DNA of 64,000 nucleotides from positions 21,950,001 to 22,014,000 of the forward strand of contig CM075988.1 in the NCBI GenBank assembly GCA_038087875.1. Direction: 5' to 3'. The notes under the pieces were generated by a model. The model did not search any database, was not told the DNA's origin, and was given only the letters and a program-made list of their open reading frames with translations. The translations under genes were made by a program, and so were the position numbers. The stretch comes from Malacoraja senta (Eukaryota). Position 1 is the stretch's first letter, and every line of letters starts with the position of its first letter. This document shows, piece after piece, positions 26,896 to 41,192 of the stretch.

Positions 26896-27358
26896 TAGCC
26901 TCCAACTGCGCATGGTGGGCTGACTGCTATCCTTCTTCCTACCCCTATTCTCCTCCATTCCCCATCGCCCAGCACTCCCTCCCCCTCCTCCCACCCCTCA
27001 CCTCTCCCTCCTTCTCCTTTCCCCATACTCAGTCACTCCCTCCCTCCATAACTGCTCTCCCCTCCCTACCACCGTCCTCTCCCTCTAACCCCCCTGCTCC
27101 CCCACTGCTCAACTGGCCCTCCTCACCTCCCCCCACTGCATTCCTCTCCCTCAATCCCCCAGTCCCTATCTCCCCCACTCCCTCTATCCTCCACTCTTCT
27201 CCCTCTATCCTTTCCCTCTCCTACCCCCTATCCCACCCCTCACTCTGCTTCCACACGTCTATATATATATATATATATAGAGCAAGGTAAAAGCAATTCT
27301 ATATTTTAAAAGTATTCAAAGTAAACTGTTTATGTGACAATGTGTTGTCTTTACACAG

Positions 27359-27391
27359 CGACCATGGACCCTACTCCCATCACTTCAATGG
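27359..27391 (+). CDS. Microexon 2 (33 nt): TTMDPTPITSM
   Basis: tgtctttacacAG acceptor, G|GTAAGA donor, phase 1-1. Confidence 0.72.
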
Positions 27392-28260
27392 GTAAGATAA
27401 CAGCAATTGATAGTACTTTCATGCTATTGTATGTGTTTTTCTGTAGCCTCTGCTCATTGCTAGTAATTCCTGAATAGTACAGGTGTCATGACATATGGGG
27501 AGAAGGCAGGGGAAAGGGGTTAGTGGGGAGAGATAGATCAGCCATGATTAAATGGCAGAGTAGACTTGATGGGCCAAATGGCCTAATTCTGCTCCTATCA
27601 CTAATGAACTTATGAACGTATAATTTTCCTCCCTTTTCCATCCCATCTCACATGGGTCAGAGGAACGTTACAACAGACAATAGACAAAAGGTGCAGGAGT
27701 AAGCCATTTTGCCCTTCGAGCCAGCACCACCATTCAATGTGATCAATGTTACAGCTGACTTAGACAACAAATCTCTTAAAAAGTGACACAATTGTCCTGG
27801 ACAAAGGGGCCCACACAGTCACTACAATGGAGGTCAGTTTGGGCAAGATCTTCAGACTTTACTTTACTTCAGAGATACAGCACGGAAACAGACCCTTCGG
27901 CCTGCTGAGTCCATGCCGACCAGCGATCACTCCATATACTAACACTATACTACACACAAGAGACAATTTACAATTTACAATTTTTACCAAAGCCAGTTAT
28001 CCTACAATCCTTTCATGGATCTGTGGTTCAATAAGCAGCATGTTTGCTTGTTCAATTCACACCGACACAATTCCAACCTAGCGGACAAATCACTGGATGT
28101 ATGTACATTTATAAATCTGCAACTGAGGGACTCTTCAGGTTGAATTTCTTGTCATGTTTTATATATATACACATATATATAGGGCAAGGTAAAAGCAATT
28201 CTATATTTAAAATGCATTCAAAGTAAAATGTTTATGTGACAATGTGTTGTCTTTACACAG

Positions 28261-28302
28261 AGACCATTATGACCATGGACACTCCTTCCAATACTCCATT
28301 GG
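28261..28302 (+). CDS. Microexon 3 (42 nt): ETIMTMDTPSNTPL
   Basis: Same acceptor and donor, phase 1-1. Confidence 0.72.
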
Positions 28303-29059
28303 GTAAGATCACAGCAAGTGCTAGTACTTTCATGCCATTATATGTGTTTTTCCGTAGCCTCTGCTCATTGCTACACTCCAAGAATTGCTGTTACAAACAG
28401 TAAGAAATGCTTGTCTTCAGTCTGAACAATGGTCTCGACCCGAAACCTCACGCATTCATTCTCTCCTAAGATGCTGCCTGTCCCATTGAATTACTCCAGC
28501 TTTTTGTGGCTATTATCGGTATAAACAATTAATTCCTACACATTGTAGTGTAGTACAAGTTCTCAAATATTCCTAAAAATTCATTCAGTGATTATGGTCA
28601 ATTTGATGTTGTTTTGTTATTCAATTACTTCATTTATTATAATTTGTTTAGCATTTCTGTATGGACAGATGGACATTCCATCCACAGATGCTGCCTGTCC
28701 CGCTGAGTTTCTCCAGCACTTTGTTTCTTCAGAATCCTATTCCATTCTGAAATTAAAGCAGGTGCATATTCGACCAATGGAGTAATAATATAAATTCCAC
28801 TAAATAGATTCAGAAATGCCAGTGAATTCCAGCAATATATTATTACTGGAGTTTCTCAACTATTGAGTGGAATTTAGTAATAGCCAAGCCAATCAAATCA
28901 AGTTTCTAATATTATTATTCTAATATTATTGAACTGCAAAACTTACCCAAACAGGTCAGTTTTATGTTAACATTCAACAATGGATGGGCAGTGTTCAATT
29001 GTCGTATATATTGACAAACAAAACAGTGAAATTCTTACTTGCAAGTTCACGTTCAAAAG

Positions 29060-29500
29060 TTATAAGAGTAGAATTAGGCCATTCGGCCCATCGAGTCATA
29101 CAATAATGGCCGATCTATGCTTGCTAATCCCATTTCCTGCCTTCTCCCCATAACCCTCTACATCCGTTCTAATCAAGAAGTTGTCTATCTCCGTCTTAAA
29201 AACATCCACTGACTTGGCCTCCACAACCCTCTGTGGCAATGAGTTCCACAGATTAACTACCCTCTGACTAAAGAAGTTCCTCCTCACATCCTTTCTAAAA
29301 GAGTGCCCTCTAATTCTGAGGTTACAACCTCTGGTCCTAGGCTCCCCCACCAATGGAAACATCCTTTCCACATCCACTCTATCTGTGCCTTTCATTATTC
29401 TGTAAGTTTCAATGTCCCCCCTCAACCTTCGAAACTCCAGCGACTAGAGGCCCAGTGCTGGCAAACGCTCATCATATGCTAACCCACTCATTCCTGGAAT
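29060..29500 (-). mobile_element. CR1 3' fragment carried in the repeat unit (also ~31350-31790, ~33835-34280, ~36570-36980, ~40600-41005)
   Basis: RGDIETYRIMKG.DRVD..RNFFSQRVVNLWNSLP, the CR1 ORF2 C-terminus. Confidence 0.85.
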
Positions 29501-30551
29501 CCTTCATGCAACAGCCTGTTAGGCTGTAAATACAATGCACATTGATAATAAGTAATGAACATTAACATCAATAAATTAATAACCCCAATACTAGTACAAA
29601 AACAGACCATCCATACTTCATAATTGAGATTAGTGTTGTGTAGCATTCAAGAACTTGAATGATGTTGAAGAATAGTTTCTTCCCAATGTATAAAGAACAT
29701 TTCCAAGATATATATTGGAATAATTTTTTTCCTACATATCTCTGTTATTTTTTAGAGAAAAACGTGACAATAAGGTCCCTGGATCCCTCCTGTTTATTCC
29801 CTGAACAGAGGCCCCAGGCAGTAATTCCAGATTAGTGGAGGTGTTATGAATTATGGGGAGAAGGCAGGAGAAAGGGGTTAGTGGGGAGAGATAGATCAGC
29901 CATGATTAAATGGCAGAGTAGACTTGATGGTCCAAAAGGCCTAATTCTGCTCCTATCACTTATGAACTTATGAACGTATAATTGTCCTTCCTTTTCCATC
30001 CCATCTCACATGGGTCAGAGGAACGTTACAGCTGACTTAGACAACAAATCTCTTAAAAAGTGACACAATTGTCCTGGCCACTTGATCCTGGACAAAGGGG
30101 CCAACACAGTCACTACAATGGAGGTCAGTTTGGGCAAGATCTTCAGACTTTACTTTACTTCAGATATGCAGCACGGAAACAGACCCTTCGGCCTGCTGAG
30201 TCCATGCCGACCAGCGATCACTCCATATACTAACACTATCCTACACACAAGGGACAATTTACAATTTACCATTTTTACCAAAGCCAGTTATCCTACAATC
30301 CTTTCATGGATCTGTGGTTCAATAAGCAGCATGTTTGCTTGTTCAATTCACACCGACACAATTCCAACCTAGCGGACAAATCACTGGATGTATGTACATT
30401 TATAAATCTGCAACTGAGGGACTCTTCAGGTTGAATTTCTTGTCATGTTTTATATATATACACATATATATAGGGCAAGGTAAAAGCAATTCTATATTTA
30501 AAATGCATTCAAAGTAAAATGTTTATGTGACAATGTGTTGTCTTTACACAG

Positions 30552-30593
30552 AGACCACTATGACCATGGACACTCCTTCCAATATTCCATTGG
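30552..30593 (+). CDS. Microexon 4 (42 nt): ETTMTMDTPSNIPL
   Basis: Same acceptor and donor, phase 1-1. Confidence 0.72.
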
Positions 30594-33032
30594 GTAAGAT
30601 CGCAGCAAGTGCTAGTACTTTCATGCCATTATATGTGTTTTTCTGTAGCCTCTGCTCATTGCTACACTCCAAGAATTGCTGTTACAAACAGTAAGAAATG
30701 CTTGCCTTCAGTCTGAAAAAGGGTCTCGACCCGAAACGTCACGCATTCCTTCTCTCCAGAGATGCTGCCTGTCCCATTGAATTACTCCAGCTTTTTGTGG
30801 CTATTATCGGTATAAATAATTAATTCCTACACATTATAGTGTAGTACAAGTTCTCAAATATTCCTAAAAATTCATTCAGTGATTATGGTCAATTTGATGT
30901 TGTTTTGTTATTCAATTAGTTCATTTATTATAATTTGTTTTGCATTTCTGTATGGACAGATGGACATTCCATCCACAGATGCTGCCTGTCCCGCTGAGTT
31001 TCTCCAGCACTTTGTTTCTTCAGAATCCTATTCCATTCTGAAATTAAAGCAGGAGCATATTCGACCAATGGAGTAATAATATAAGTTCCACTAAATAGAT
31101 TCAGAAATGCCAGGGAATTCCAGCAATATATTATTACTGGAGTTTCTCAACTATTGAGTGGAATTTAGCAATAGCCAAGCCCTAATCAAATCAAGTTTCT
31201 AATATTATTATTCTAATATTATTGAACTGCAAAACTTACCCAAACAGGTCAGTTTTATGTTAACATTCAACAATGGATGGGCAGTGTTCAATTGTCGTAT
31301 ATATTGACAAACAAAACAGTGAAACTCTTACTTGCAAGTTCACGTTCAAAAGTTATAAGAGTAGAATTAGGCCATTCGGCCCATCGAGTCATTCAATAAT
31401 GGCCAATCTATGCTTGCTAATCCCATTTCCTGCCTTCTCCCCATAACCCTCTACATCCGTTCTAATCAAGAATTTGTCTATCTCCGTCTTAAAAACATCC
31501 ACTGACTTGGCCTCCACAACCCTCTGTGTCAATGAGTTCCACAGATTAACTACCCTCTGACTAAAGAAGTTCCTCCTCACATCCTTTCTAAAAGAGTGCC
31601 CTCTAATTCTGAGGTTACAACCTCTGGTCCTAGGCTCCCCCACCAATGGAAACATCCTTTCCACATCCACTCTATCTATGCTTTTCATTATTCTGTAAGT
31701 TTCAATGTCCCCCCTCAACCTTCGAAACTCCAGCGACTAGAGGCCCAGTGCTGTCAAATGCTCATCATATGCTAACCCACTCATTCCTGGAATCATTCAT
31801 GCAGCAGCCTGTTAGGCTGTAAATACAATGCACATTGATAATAAATAATGAACATTAACATCTATAAATTAATAACCCCAATACTAGTACAAAAACAGAC
31901 CATCCATACTTCATAATTGAGATTAGTGTTGTGTAGCATTCAAGAACTTGAATGATGTTGAAGAATAGTTTCTTCCTAATGTATAAAGAACATTTCCAAG
32001 ATATACTGTATACTGGAATAATTTTTTTACTACATATCTCTGTTATTTTTGAGAGAAAAACGTGACAATAAGGTCCCTGGATCCCTCCTGTTTATTCACT
32101 GAACAGAGGCCCCAGGCAGTAATTCCAGATTAGTGGAGGTGTCATGAATTATGGGGAGAAGGCAGGAGAAAGGGGTTAGTTGGGAGAGATAGATCAGCCA
32201 TGATTAAATGGCAGAGTAGACTTGATGGTCCAAAAGGCCTAATTCTGCTCCTATCACTTATGAACTTATGAACGTATAATTGTCCTTCCTTTTCCATCCC
32301 ATCTCACATGGGTCAGAGGAACGTTACAGCTGACTTAGACAACAAATCTCTTAAAAAGTGACACAATTGTCCTGGCCACTTGATCCTGGACATAGATTAG
32401 ATTAGATTAGATTAGATTAGATTCCTTTATTTGTCATTCAGACCTTTCGGTCTGAACGAAATTCCGTTGCCTGCAGTCATACATATAATAATAAATAACA
32501 AAACACACAATAAACACAAATTAACATCCACCACAGTGAGTTCACCAGGCACCTCCTCACTGTGATGGAGGCAAAAGTCTTAAAGTCTTAAAGGGGCCCA
32601 CACATTCAGTTTGGGCAAGATCTTCAGACTTTACCTCACTTTAGAGATACAGCACGGAAACAGACCCTTCAGCCTGCTGAGTCCATGCCGACCAGCGATC
32701 ACTCCATATACTAACACTATCCTACACACAAGGGACCATTTACAATTTACAATTTTTACCAAAGCCAGTTATCATGTAATCCTTTCATGGATCTGTGGTT
32801 CAATAAGCAGCATGTTTGCTCGTTCAATTCACACCGACACAATTCCAACCTAGCGGACAAATCACTGGATGTATGTACATTTATAAATCTGCAACTGAGG
32901 GACTCTTCAGGTTGAATTTCTTGTCATGTTTTATATATATACACATATATATAGGGCAAGGTAAAAGCAATTCTATATTTAAAATGCATTCAAAGTAAAA
33001 TGTTTATGTGACAATGTGTTGTCTTTACACAG

Positions 33033-33074
33033 AGACCACCATGACCATGGACACTCCTTCCAATACTCCAATGG
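33033..33074 (+). CDS. Microexon 5 (42 nt): ETTMTMDTPSNTPM
   Basis: Same acceptor and donor, phase 1-1. Confidence 0.72.
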
Positions 33075-34432
33075 GTAAGATCACAGCAAGTGCTAGTACT
33101 TTCATGCCATTATATGTGTTTTTCTGTAGCCTCTGCTCATTGCTACACTCCAAGAATTGCTGTTACAAACAGTAAGAAATGCTTGCCTTCAGTCTGAAAA
33201 AGGGTCTCGACCCGAAACGTCACGCATTCCTTCTCTCCAGAGATACTGCCTGTCCCATTGAATTACTCCAGCTTTTTGTGGCTATTATCGGTATAAACAA
33301 TTAATTCCTACACATTGTAGTGTAGTACAAGTTCTCAAATATTCCTAAAAATTCATGCAGTGATTATGGTCAATTTGATGTTGTTTTGTTATTCAATTAG
33401 TTCATTTATTATAATTTGTTTAGCATTTCTGTATGGACAGATGGACATTCCATCCACAGATGCTGCCTGTCCCCCTGAGTTTCTCCAGCACTTTGTTTCT
33501 TCAGAATCCTATTCCATTCCGAAATTAAAGCAGGTGCATATTCGACCAATGGTGTGATAAATATAAATTCCACTAAATAGATTCAGAAAAGCCAGTGAAT
33601 TCCAGCAATATATTATTACTGGAGTTTCTCAACTATTGAGTGGAATTTAGTAATAGCCAAGCCCTAATCAAATCAAGTTTCTAATATTATTATTCTAATA
33701 TTATTGAACTGCAAAACTTACCCAAACAGGTCAGTTTTATGTTAACATTCAACAATGGATGGGCAGTGTTCAATTATCGTATATATTGACAAACAAAACA
33801 GTGAAATTCTTACTTGCAAGTTCACGTTCAAAAGTTATAAGAGTAGAATTAGGCCATTCGGCCCATCGAGTCATTCAATAATGGCCAATCTATGCTTGCT
33901 AATCCCATTTCCTGCCTTCTCCCCATAACCCTCTACATCCGTTCTAATCAAGAATTTGTCTATCTCCGTCTTAAAAACATCCACTGCCTTGGCCTCCACA
34001 ACCCTCTGTGTCAATGAGTTCCACAGATTAACTACCCTCTGACTAAAGAAGTTCCTCCTCACATCCTTTCTAAAAGAGTGCCCTCTAATTCTGAGGTTAC
34101 AACCTCTGGTCCTAGACTCCCCCACCAATGGAAACATCCTTTCCACATCCACTCTATCTATGCCTTTCATTATTCTGTAAGTTTCAATGTCCCCCCTCAA
34201 CCTTCGAAACTCCAGCGACTAGAGGCCCAGTGCTGTCAAATGCTCATCATATGCTAACCCACTCATTCCTGGAATCATTCATGCAGCAGCCTGTTAGGCT
34301 GTAAATACAATGCACATTGATAATATATAATGAACATTAACATCAATAAATTAATAACCCCAATACTAGTACAAAAACAGACCATCCATACTTCATAATT
34401 GAGATTAGTGTTGTGTAGCATTCAAGAACTTG

Positions 34433-34856
34433 GCTTATACTCGCTAGAATTTAGGAGATTGAGAGGGGATCTTATAGAAACGTACAAAATTCTTATGGGG
34501 TTGGACAGGCTAGATGCAGGAAGATTGTTCCCGATGTTGGGGAAGTCCAGGACAAGGGGTCACAGCTTAAGGATAAGGGGGAAATCCTTTAAGACCGAGA
34601 TGAGGAAAAACGTTTTCACACAGAGAGTGGTGAATCTCTGGAACTCTCTGCCACAGAGGGTAGTTGAGGCCAGTTCATTGGCTATATTTAAGAGGGAGTT
34701 AGATGTGGCCCTTGTGGCTAAAGGGATCAGGGGGTATGGAGAGAAGGCAGGTACGGGATACTGAGTTGGATGATCAGCCATGATCATATTGAATGGCGGT
34801 GCAGGCTCGAAGGGCCGAATGGCCTACTCCTGCACCTATTTTCTATGTATCTATGT
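34433..34856 (+). mobile_element. Young 5'-truncated CR1 insertion
   Basis: Intact C-terminal ORF LGLYSLEFRRLRGDLIE..; absent from sister units; flanked by AACTTG at 34427-34432 and 34857-34862. Confidence 0.9.
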
Positions 34857-35761
34857 AACTTGAATGATGTTGAAGAATAGTTTCTTCCCAATGTATAAAG
34901 AACATTTCCAAGATATACTGTATACTGGAATAATTTTTTTACTACATATCTCCGTTATTTTAGAGTAAAAAACGTGACAATAGGGTCCCTGGATCCGCCC
35001 AGGGTATACCCAGACCAGAGGCCACAGGCAGTAATTCCAGATTAGTGGAGGTGTCATGAGTTATGGGGAGAAGGCAAGAGAAAGGGGTTAGTGGGGAGAG
35101 ATAGATCAGCCATGATTAAATGGCAGAGTAGACTTGATGGGCCAAATGGCCTAATTCTGCTCCTATCCCTTATGAACTTATGAACGTATAATTGTCCTTC
35201 CTTTTCCATCCCATCTCACATGGGTCAGAGGAACGTTACAGCTGACTTAGACAACAAATCTCTTAAAAAGTGACACAATTGTCCTGGCCACTTGATCCTG
35301 GACAAAGGGGCCCACACAGTCACTACAATGGAGGTCAGTTTGGGCAAGATCTTCAGACTTTACTTTACTTCAGATATGCAGCACGGAAACAGACCCTTCA
35401 GCCTGCTGAGTCCATGCCGACCAGCGATCACTCCATATACTAACACTATCCTACACACAAGGGACAATTTACAATTTACCATTTTTACCAAAGCCAGTTA
35501 TCCTACAATCCTTTCATGGATCTGTGGTTCAATAAGCAGCATGTTTGCTTGTTCAATTCACACCGACACAATTCCAACCTAGCGGACAAATCACTGGATG
35601 TATGTACATTTATAAATCGGCAACTGAGGGACTCTTCAGGTTGAATTTCTTGTCATGTTTTATATATATACACATATATATAGGGCAAGGTAAAAGCAAT
35701 TCTATATTTAAAATGCATTCAAAGTAAAATGTTTATGTGACAATGTGTTGTCTTTACACAG

Positions 35762-35803
35762 AGACCACTATGACCATGGACACTCCTTCCAATACTCCAA
35801 TGG
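35762..35803 (+). CDS. Microexon 6 (42 nt): ETTMTMDTPSNTPM
   Basis: Same acceptor and donor, phase 1-1. Confidence 0.72.
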
Positions 35804-37914
35804 GTAAGATCATAGCAAGTGCTAGTACTTTCATTCCATTATATGTATTTTTCTGTAGCCTCTGCTCATTGCTACACTCCAAGAATTGCTGTTACAAACA
35901 GTAAGAAATGCTTGTCTTCAGTCTGAAAAAGGGTCTCGACCCGAAACGTCACGCATTCCTTCTCTCCAGATATACTGCCTGTCCCATTGAATTACTCCAG
36001 CTTTTTGTGGCTATCTTCGGTATAAACAGTTCATTCCTTCACATTGTAGTGTGGTACAAGTTCTCAAATATTCCTGAAAATTCATTCAGTGATTATGGTC
36101 AATTTGATGTTGTTTTGTTATTCAATTACTTCATTTATTATAATTTGTTTAGCATTTCTGTATGGACAGATGGACATTCCATCCACAGATGCTGCCTGTC
36201 CCCCTGAGTTTCTCCAGCACTTTATTTCTTCAGAATCCTATTCCATTCCGAAATTAAAGCAGGTGCATATTCGACCAATAGTGTGATAAATATAAATTCC
36301 ACTAAATAGATTCAGAAATGCCAGTGAATTCCAGCAATATATTATTACTGGAGTTTATCAACTATTGAGTGGAATTTAGTAATAGCCAAGCCCTAATCAA
36401 ATCAAGTTTCTAATATTATTATTCTAATATTATTGAACTGCAAAACTTACCCAAACAGGTCAGTTTTATGTTAACATTCAACAATGGATGGACAGTGTTT
36501 AATTGTCGTATATATTGACAAACAAAACAGTGAAATTCTTACTTGCAAGTTCATGTTCAAAAGTTATAAGAGTCATTCAATAATGGCAGATCTATGCTTC
36601 CTAGTCCCATTTCCTGCCTTCTCACCATAACCCTCTACGCCTGTTCTAATCAAGAATTTGTCTATCTTTGCCTTAGAAACATCCACTGACTTGGCCTCCA
36701 CAACCCTCTGTGGCAATGAGTTGCACAGATTAACTACCCTCAGACTAAAGAAGTTCCTCCTCACATCCTTTCTAAAAGAGTGCCCTCTAATTCTGAGATT
36801 ACAACTTCTGGTCATAAACTCTCCCACCAGTGGAAACATCCTTTCCACATCCACTCTATCTATGCCTTTCATTATTCTGTAAGTTTCAATGTCCCCCCTC
36901 AACCTTCGAAACTCCGCGTGTAGAGGCCCTGTGCTGTCAAACGCTGATCATATTCTAACCCACTCATTCCTGGAATCATTCATGCAGCAGCCTGTTAGGC
37001 TGTAAATACAATACACATTGATAATATATAATGAACATTAACATCAATAAATTAATAACCCCAATACTAGTACAAAAACAGACCATCCATACTTCATAAT
37101 TGAGATTAGTGTTGTATAGCATTCAAGAACTTGAATGATGTTGAAGAATAGCTTCTTCCCAATGTATAAAGAGCATTTCCATGATATATATTGGAATACT
37201 TTTTTTACTACATATCTCTGTTATTTTTGTGAGAAAAACATGACAATAAGGTCTCTGGATCCCTCCTGTTTATCCCCTGAACAGAGGCCCCAGGCAGTAA
37301 TTCCTGATTAGTACGTGTTACGAGTTATGGGGAGAAGGCATGAGAAAGGGGTTATTGGGGAGAGATAGATCAGCCATGATTAAATGGCGGAGTAGACTTG
37401 ATGGGCTAAATGGCCTAATTCTGCTCCTATCACTTATGAACTTATGAACGTATAATTGTCCTTCCTTTTCCATCCCATCTCACATGGGTCAGAGGAACGT
37501 TACAGCTGACTTAGACAACAAATCTCTTGAAGAGTAACACAATTGTCCTGGCCACTTGATCCTGGTCAAAGGGGCCCACACAGTCACTACAATGGAGGTC
37601 AGTTTGGGCAAGATCTTCAGACTTTACTTTAGAGATACAGCACGGAAACAGACCCTTCGGCCTGCTGAGTCCATGCTGACCAGCGATCACTCCATATACT
37701 AACACTATCCTACACACTATGGACAATTTACAATTTTTACCAAAGCCAGTTATCCTACAATCCTTTCATGGATCTGTGGTTCAATAAGCAGCATGTTTGC
37801 TTGTTCAATTCACACCTACACAATTCCAACCTAGCGGACAAATCACAGGATGTATGTACATTAATAAATCTGCAACTGAGGGACTCATCAGGTTGAATTT
37901 CTTGTCATGTTTTA

Positions 37915-37972
<58 letters not shown>

Positions 37973-38037
37973 AAAAGCAATTCTACATTTAAAATGCATT
38001 CAATGTAAAATGTTTATGTGACAATGTCTTTACACAG

Positions 38038-38079
38038 AGACCACTACAACCATGGACACTACTCCCACCGCTGCATTGG
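38038..38079 (+). CDS. Microexon 7 (42 nt): ETTTTMDTTPTAAL
   Basis: tgtctttacacAG acceptor, G|GTAAGA donor, phase 1-1. Confidence 0.72.
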
Positions 38080-38195
38080 GTAAGATCACAGCAAGTGCTA
38101 TAAACCTTCATGCCATTGTATATGTTTTTCTGTAGCCTCTGCTCAATGCTACACTCCAAGAATTGCTGTTTCAAACAGTAAGAAATGCTTGAATT

Positions 38196-38231
38196 CAGTC
38201 TGAAGAAGGGTCTCGACCCGAAACGTCACGC
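38196..38231 (+). ncRNA. Minimal hammerhead-ribozyme motif in a Penelope-type repeat
   Basis: CTGAAGA (38200-38206), stem II GGGTC-TC-GACCC, GAAA, then CGTC; stem I is weak. Confidence 0.5.
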
Positions 38232-39177
38232 ATTCCTTCTCTCCAGAGATGCGGCCTGTCCCATTGAATTACTCCAGCTAGTGTTGTGTAGCATTCAAGA
38301 ACTTGAATGATGTTGAAGAATAGCTTCTGCCCAATGTATAAAGAACATTTCCAGATATACATTGGAATAATTTGTTTACTACATATCTCCGTTATTTTTT
38401 AGAGAAAAACGTGACAATAAGGTCCCCGAATCCCTCCTGTTTATCCTCTGACCAGTGGCCCCAGGCAGTAATTCTTGATTAATAGGGGTGTCATGAGTTA
38501 TGGGAAGAAGGCAGGAGAATAGGGTTAGTGGGGAGAAATAGATCAGCCATGATTGAATGGCAGAGTAGACTTGATGAGCTGAAAGGCCTAATTCTGCTCC
38601 GAACACTAATGAACGTATAATTGTTCTATCTTTTCCATCCCATCTCATATGGGTCAGAGGAACGTTACAGCTGGCTTGGACAACAAATCTCTTAAAAAGT
38701 GACACAATTGTCCTGACCTCTTGACCCTGCACAAAGGGGCCCACACAGTCACTACAATGGAGGTCAGTTTGGGCAAGATCTTCAGACTTTAGAGATACAG
38801 CACGGAAACAGACTCTTCGGCCTGCCGAGTCCACGCCTTCCAGCGATCACTCCATACACTAACACTATCCTACACAATAGGGACCATTTACAATTTTTAC
38901 CAAAGCCAGTTATCCTACAATCCTTTCATGGATCTGTGGTTCAATAAGCAGCATGTTTGCTTGTTCAATTCACACCGACACAATTCCAACCTGGCGGACA
39001 AATCACTGGATGTATGTACATTAATAAATCTGCAACTGAGGGACTCTTCCGGTTGAATTTCTTGTCATGTTTTATATTTATTTATTTATTTATTTATTGG
39101 GCAAGATAAAAGCAATTCTATATTTAAAATGCATTCAAAGTAATATGTTTATGTGACAATGTGTTGTCTTTACACAG

Positions 39178-39234
39178 AGACCACTATGACCATGACCACT
39201 ACGACCATGACCACTAAACCCACCACTACATCGG
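39178..39234 (+). CDS. Microexon 8 (57 nt): ETTMTMTTTTMTTKPTTTS
   Basis: Same acceptor and donor; +15 nt relative to the 42-nt exons keeps frame. Confidence 0.75.
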
Positions 39235-39540
39235 GTAAGATCACAGCAAGTGCTAGTACTTTCATGCCATTATATGTGTTTTTCTGTAGCCTCTGCTCAT
39301 TGCCACACTCCAAGAATTGCTGTTACAAACAGTAAGAAATGCTTGTCTTCAGTCTGAAGAAGGGTCTCGACCAGAAACGTCACGCATTCCTTCTCTCCAG
39401 AGATGCTGCCTGTCCCATTGATTTAATCCAGCTTTTTGTGGCTATCTTCGGTATAAACAGTTAATTCCTACACATTGTAGTGTAGCACAAGTTCTCAAAT
39501 ATTCCTAAAAATTCATTCAGTGATTATGGTCAATTTGATG

Positions 39541-39710
39541 TTCAAGAAGGAACTTCAGATGCTGGAAAATCGAAGGTAGACAAATGTGCTGGAGAAACTC
39601 AGCGGGTGCGGCAGCATCTATGGGGCATCTATAGGCATCTACGTTGCCTATTTCCTTCGCTCCATAGCTGCTGCCGCACCCGTTGAGTTTCTCCAGCACT
39701 TTTGTCTACC
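39541..39710. mobile_element. Palindromic Penelope-type terminal-repeat remnant with 16-bp flanking duplication
   Basis: Self-complementary halves; TATGGTCAATTTGATG at 39525-39540 and 39711-39726. Confidence 0.65.
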
Positions 39711-41192
39711 TATGGTCAATTTGATGAAGTTTTGTTATCCGATTTTATACTTCATTTATTATAACTTCTTTAGCATTTCTGTACCATGGAGCCTGTATGA
39801 TCACAAACTGAATGTTCAGGCTCTTCAGCATGGAAGACGGCGCGCACCCCAGGCGACTATTTGCATGCTGGCCACAGAAGCACATCTACAATCACATATT
39901 ACCATCACTCCGCACTCTTCTCTCGACTGTAAATGCCTCGATTGTGATCATGTATGGTCTTTCCACCGACTGGGTAGCACGCAACAAAAGCTTTTCGCTT
40001 TACCTCAGTACAGGTTACAATAAACTAAATTGAACTAAACTGGAGGCAAGATCCGATAGTTTTGACTATTTCTAATTAGTACAGATTCTTTCCAGCTCCT
40101 GTTACGTAAGTTCCTTTTACCAACAGGGCATACAAAGTAATTTACCCGAGCAAAAAAACAAAGTGCTGGATGAACTCAGTGGGTCAGGCAGCATCTGTGG
40201 AGAAAAGGTGGAAATTCCCTCCACAGATGCTGCCTGTCCCACTGAGTTCCTCCAGCACTTTGTTTCTTCAGAATCCTATTCCATTCTGAAATTAAAGCAG
40301 GTGCATATTCGACCAATAGTGTAATAATATAAATTCCAGTAAATAGATTCACAAATGCCAGTGAATTCCAGCAATATATTATTACGGGAGTTTCTCAACT
40401 ATTCAGTGGAATTTAGTAATAGCCAAGCCGTAATCAAATCAAGTTTGTAATATTATTATTCTAATATTATTGAACTGCAAAACGTACCCAAACAGGTCAG
40501 ATTTATGTTAGCATTCAACAATGGATGGGCAGTGTTTAATGTTCGTATATATTGACAAACAAAACGGTAAAATTCTTACTTGCATCTTCACATTCAAAAG
40601 CTATAGGAGTAGAATTGGGCCATTTGGCCCATTTGTTCCTGCCTTCTCCCCATAACCCTCTACACCCGTTCTAATCAAGAACTTGTCAATCTCTGCCTTA
40701 AAAACATCCACTGACTTGGTCTCCACAACCCTCTGTGGCAATGAGTTCCACATATTAACTACCCTCTGACTAAAGTAGTTCCTCCTCACGTCCTTTCTAT
40801 AAGAGCACCCATTAATTCTGAGGTTACAACCTCTGGTCCTAGACTCTCCCACAAGTGGAAACATCCTTTCCACATCCACTCTATCTATGCCTTTCATTAT
40901 TCTGTAAGTTTCAATGTCCCCCCTCAACCTTCTAAACTCCAGCGACTAGAGGCCCAGTGCTGTCAAACGCTCATCATATGCTAACCCACTCATTCCTGGA
41001 ATCATTCATGCAGCAGCCTGTTAGGCTGTAAATACAATACACATTGATAATAAATAATGAACATAAACATCAATAAATTAATAACCACAATACTAGTACA
41101 GAAACAGACCATCCATACTTCATAATTGAGATTAGTGTTGTGTAGCATTCAAGAACTTGAATGATGTTGTAGGGTAGTTACTTCCCAATGTA

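Noticed and set aside
27827..36286. Recurrent 60-100 aa ORFs (MEVSLGK.., MLVQFTP.., MIMVNLM..)
   Set aside because: They recur only because the intronic unit is duplicated; they overlap SINE/Penelope remnants and are broken in older units.
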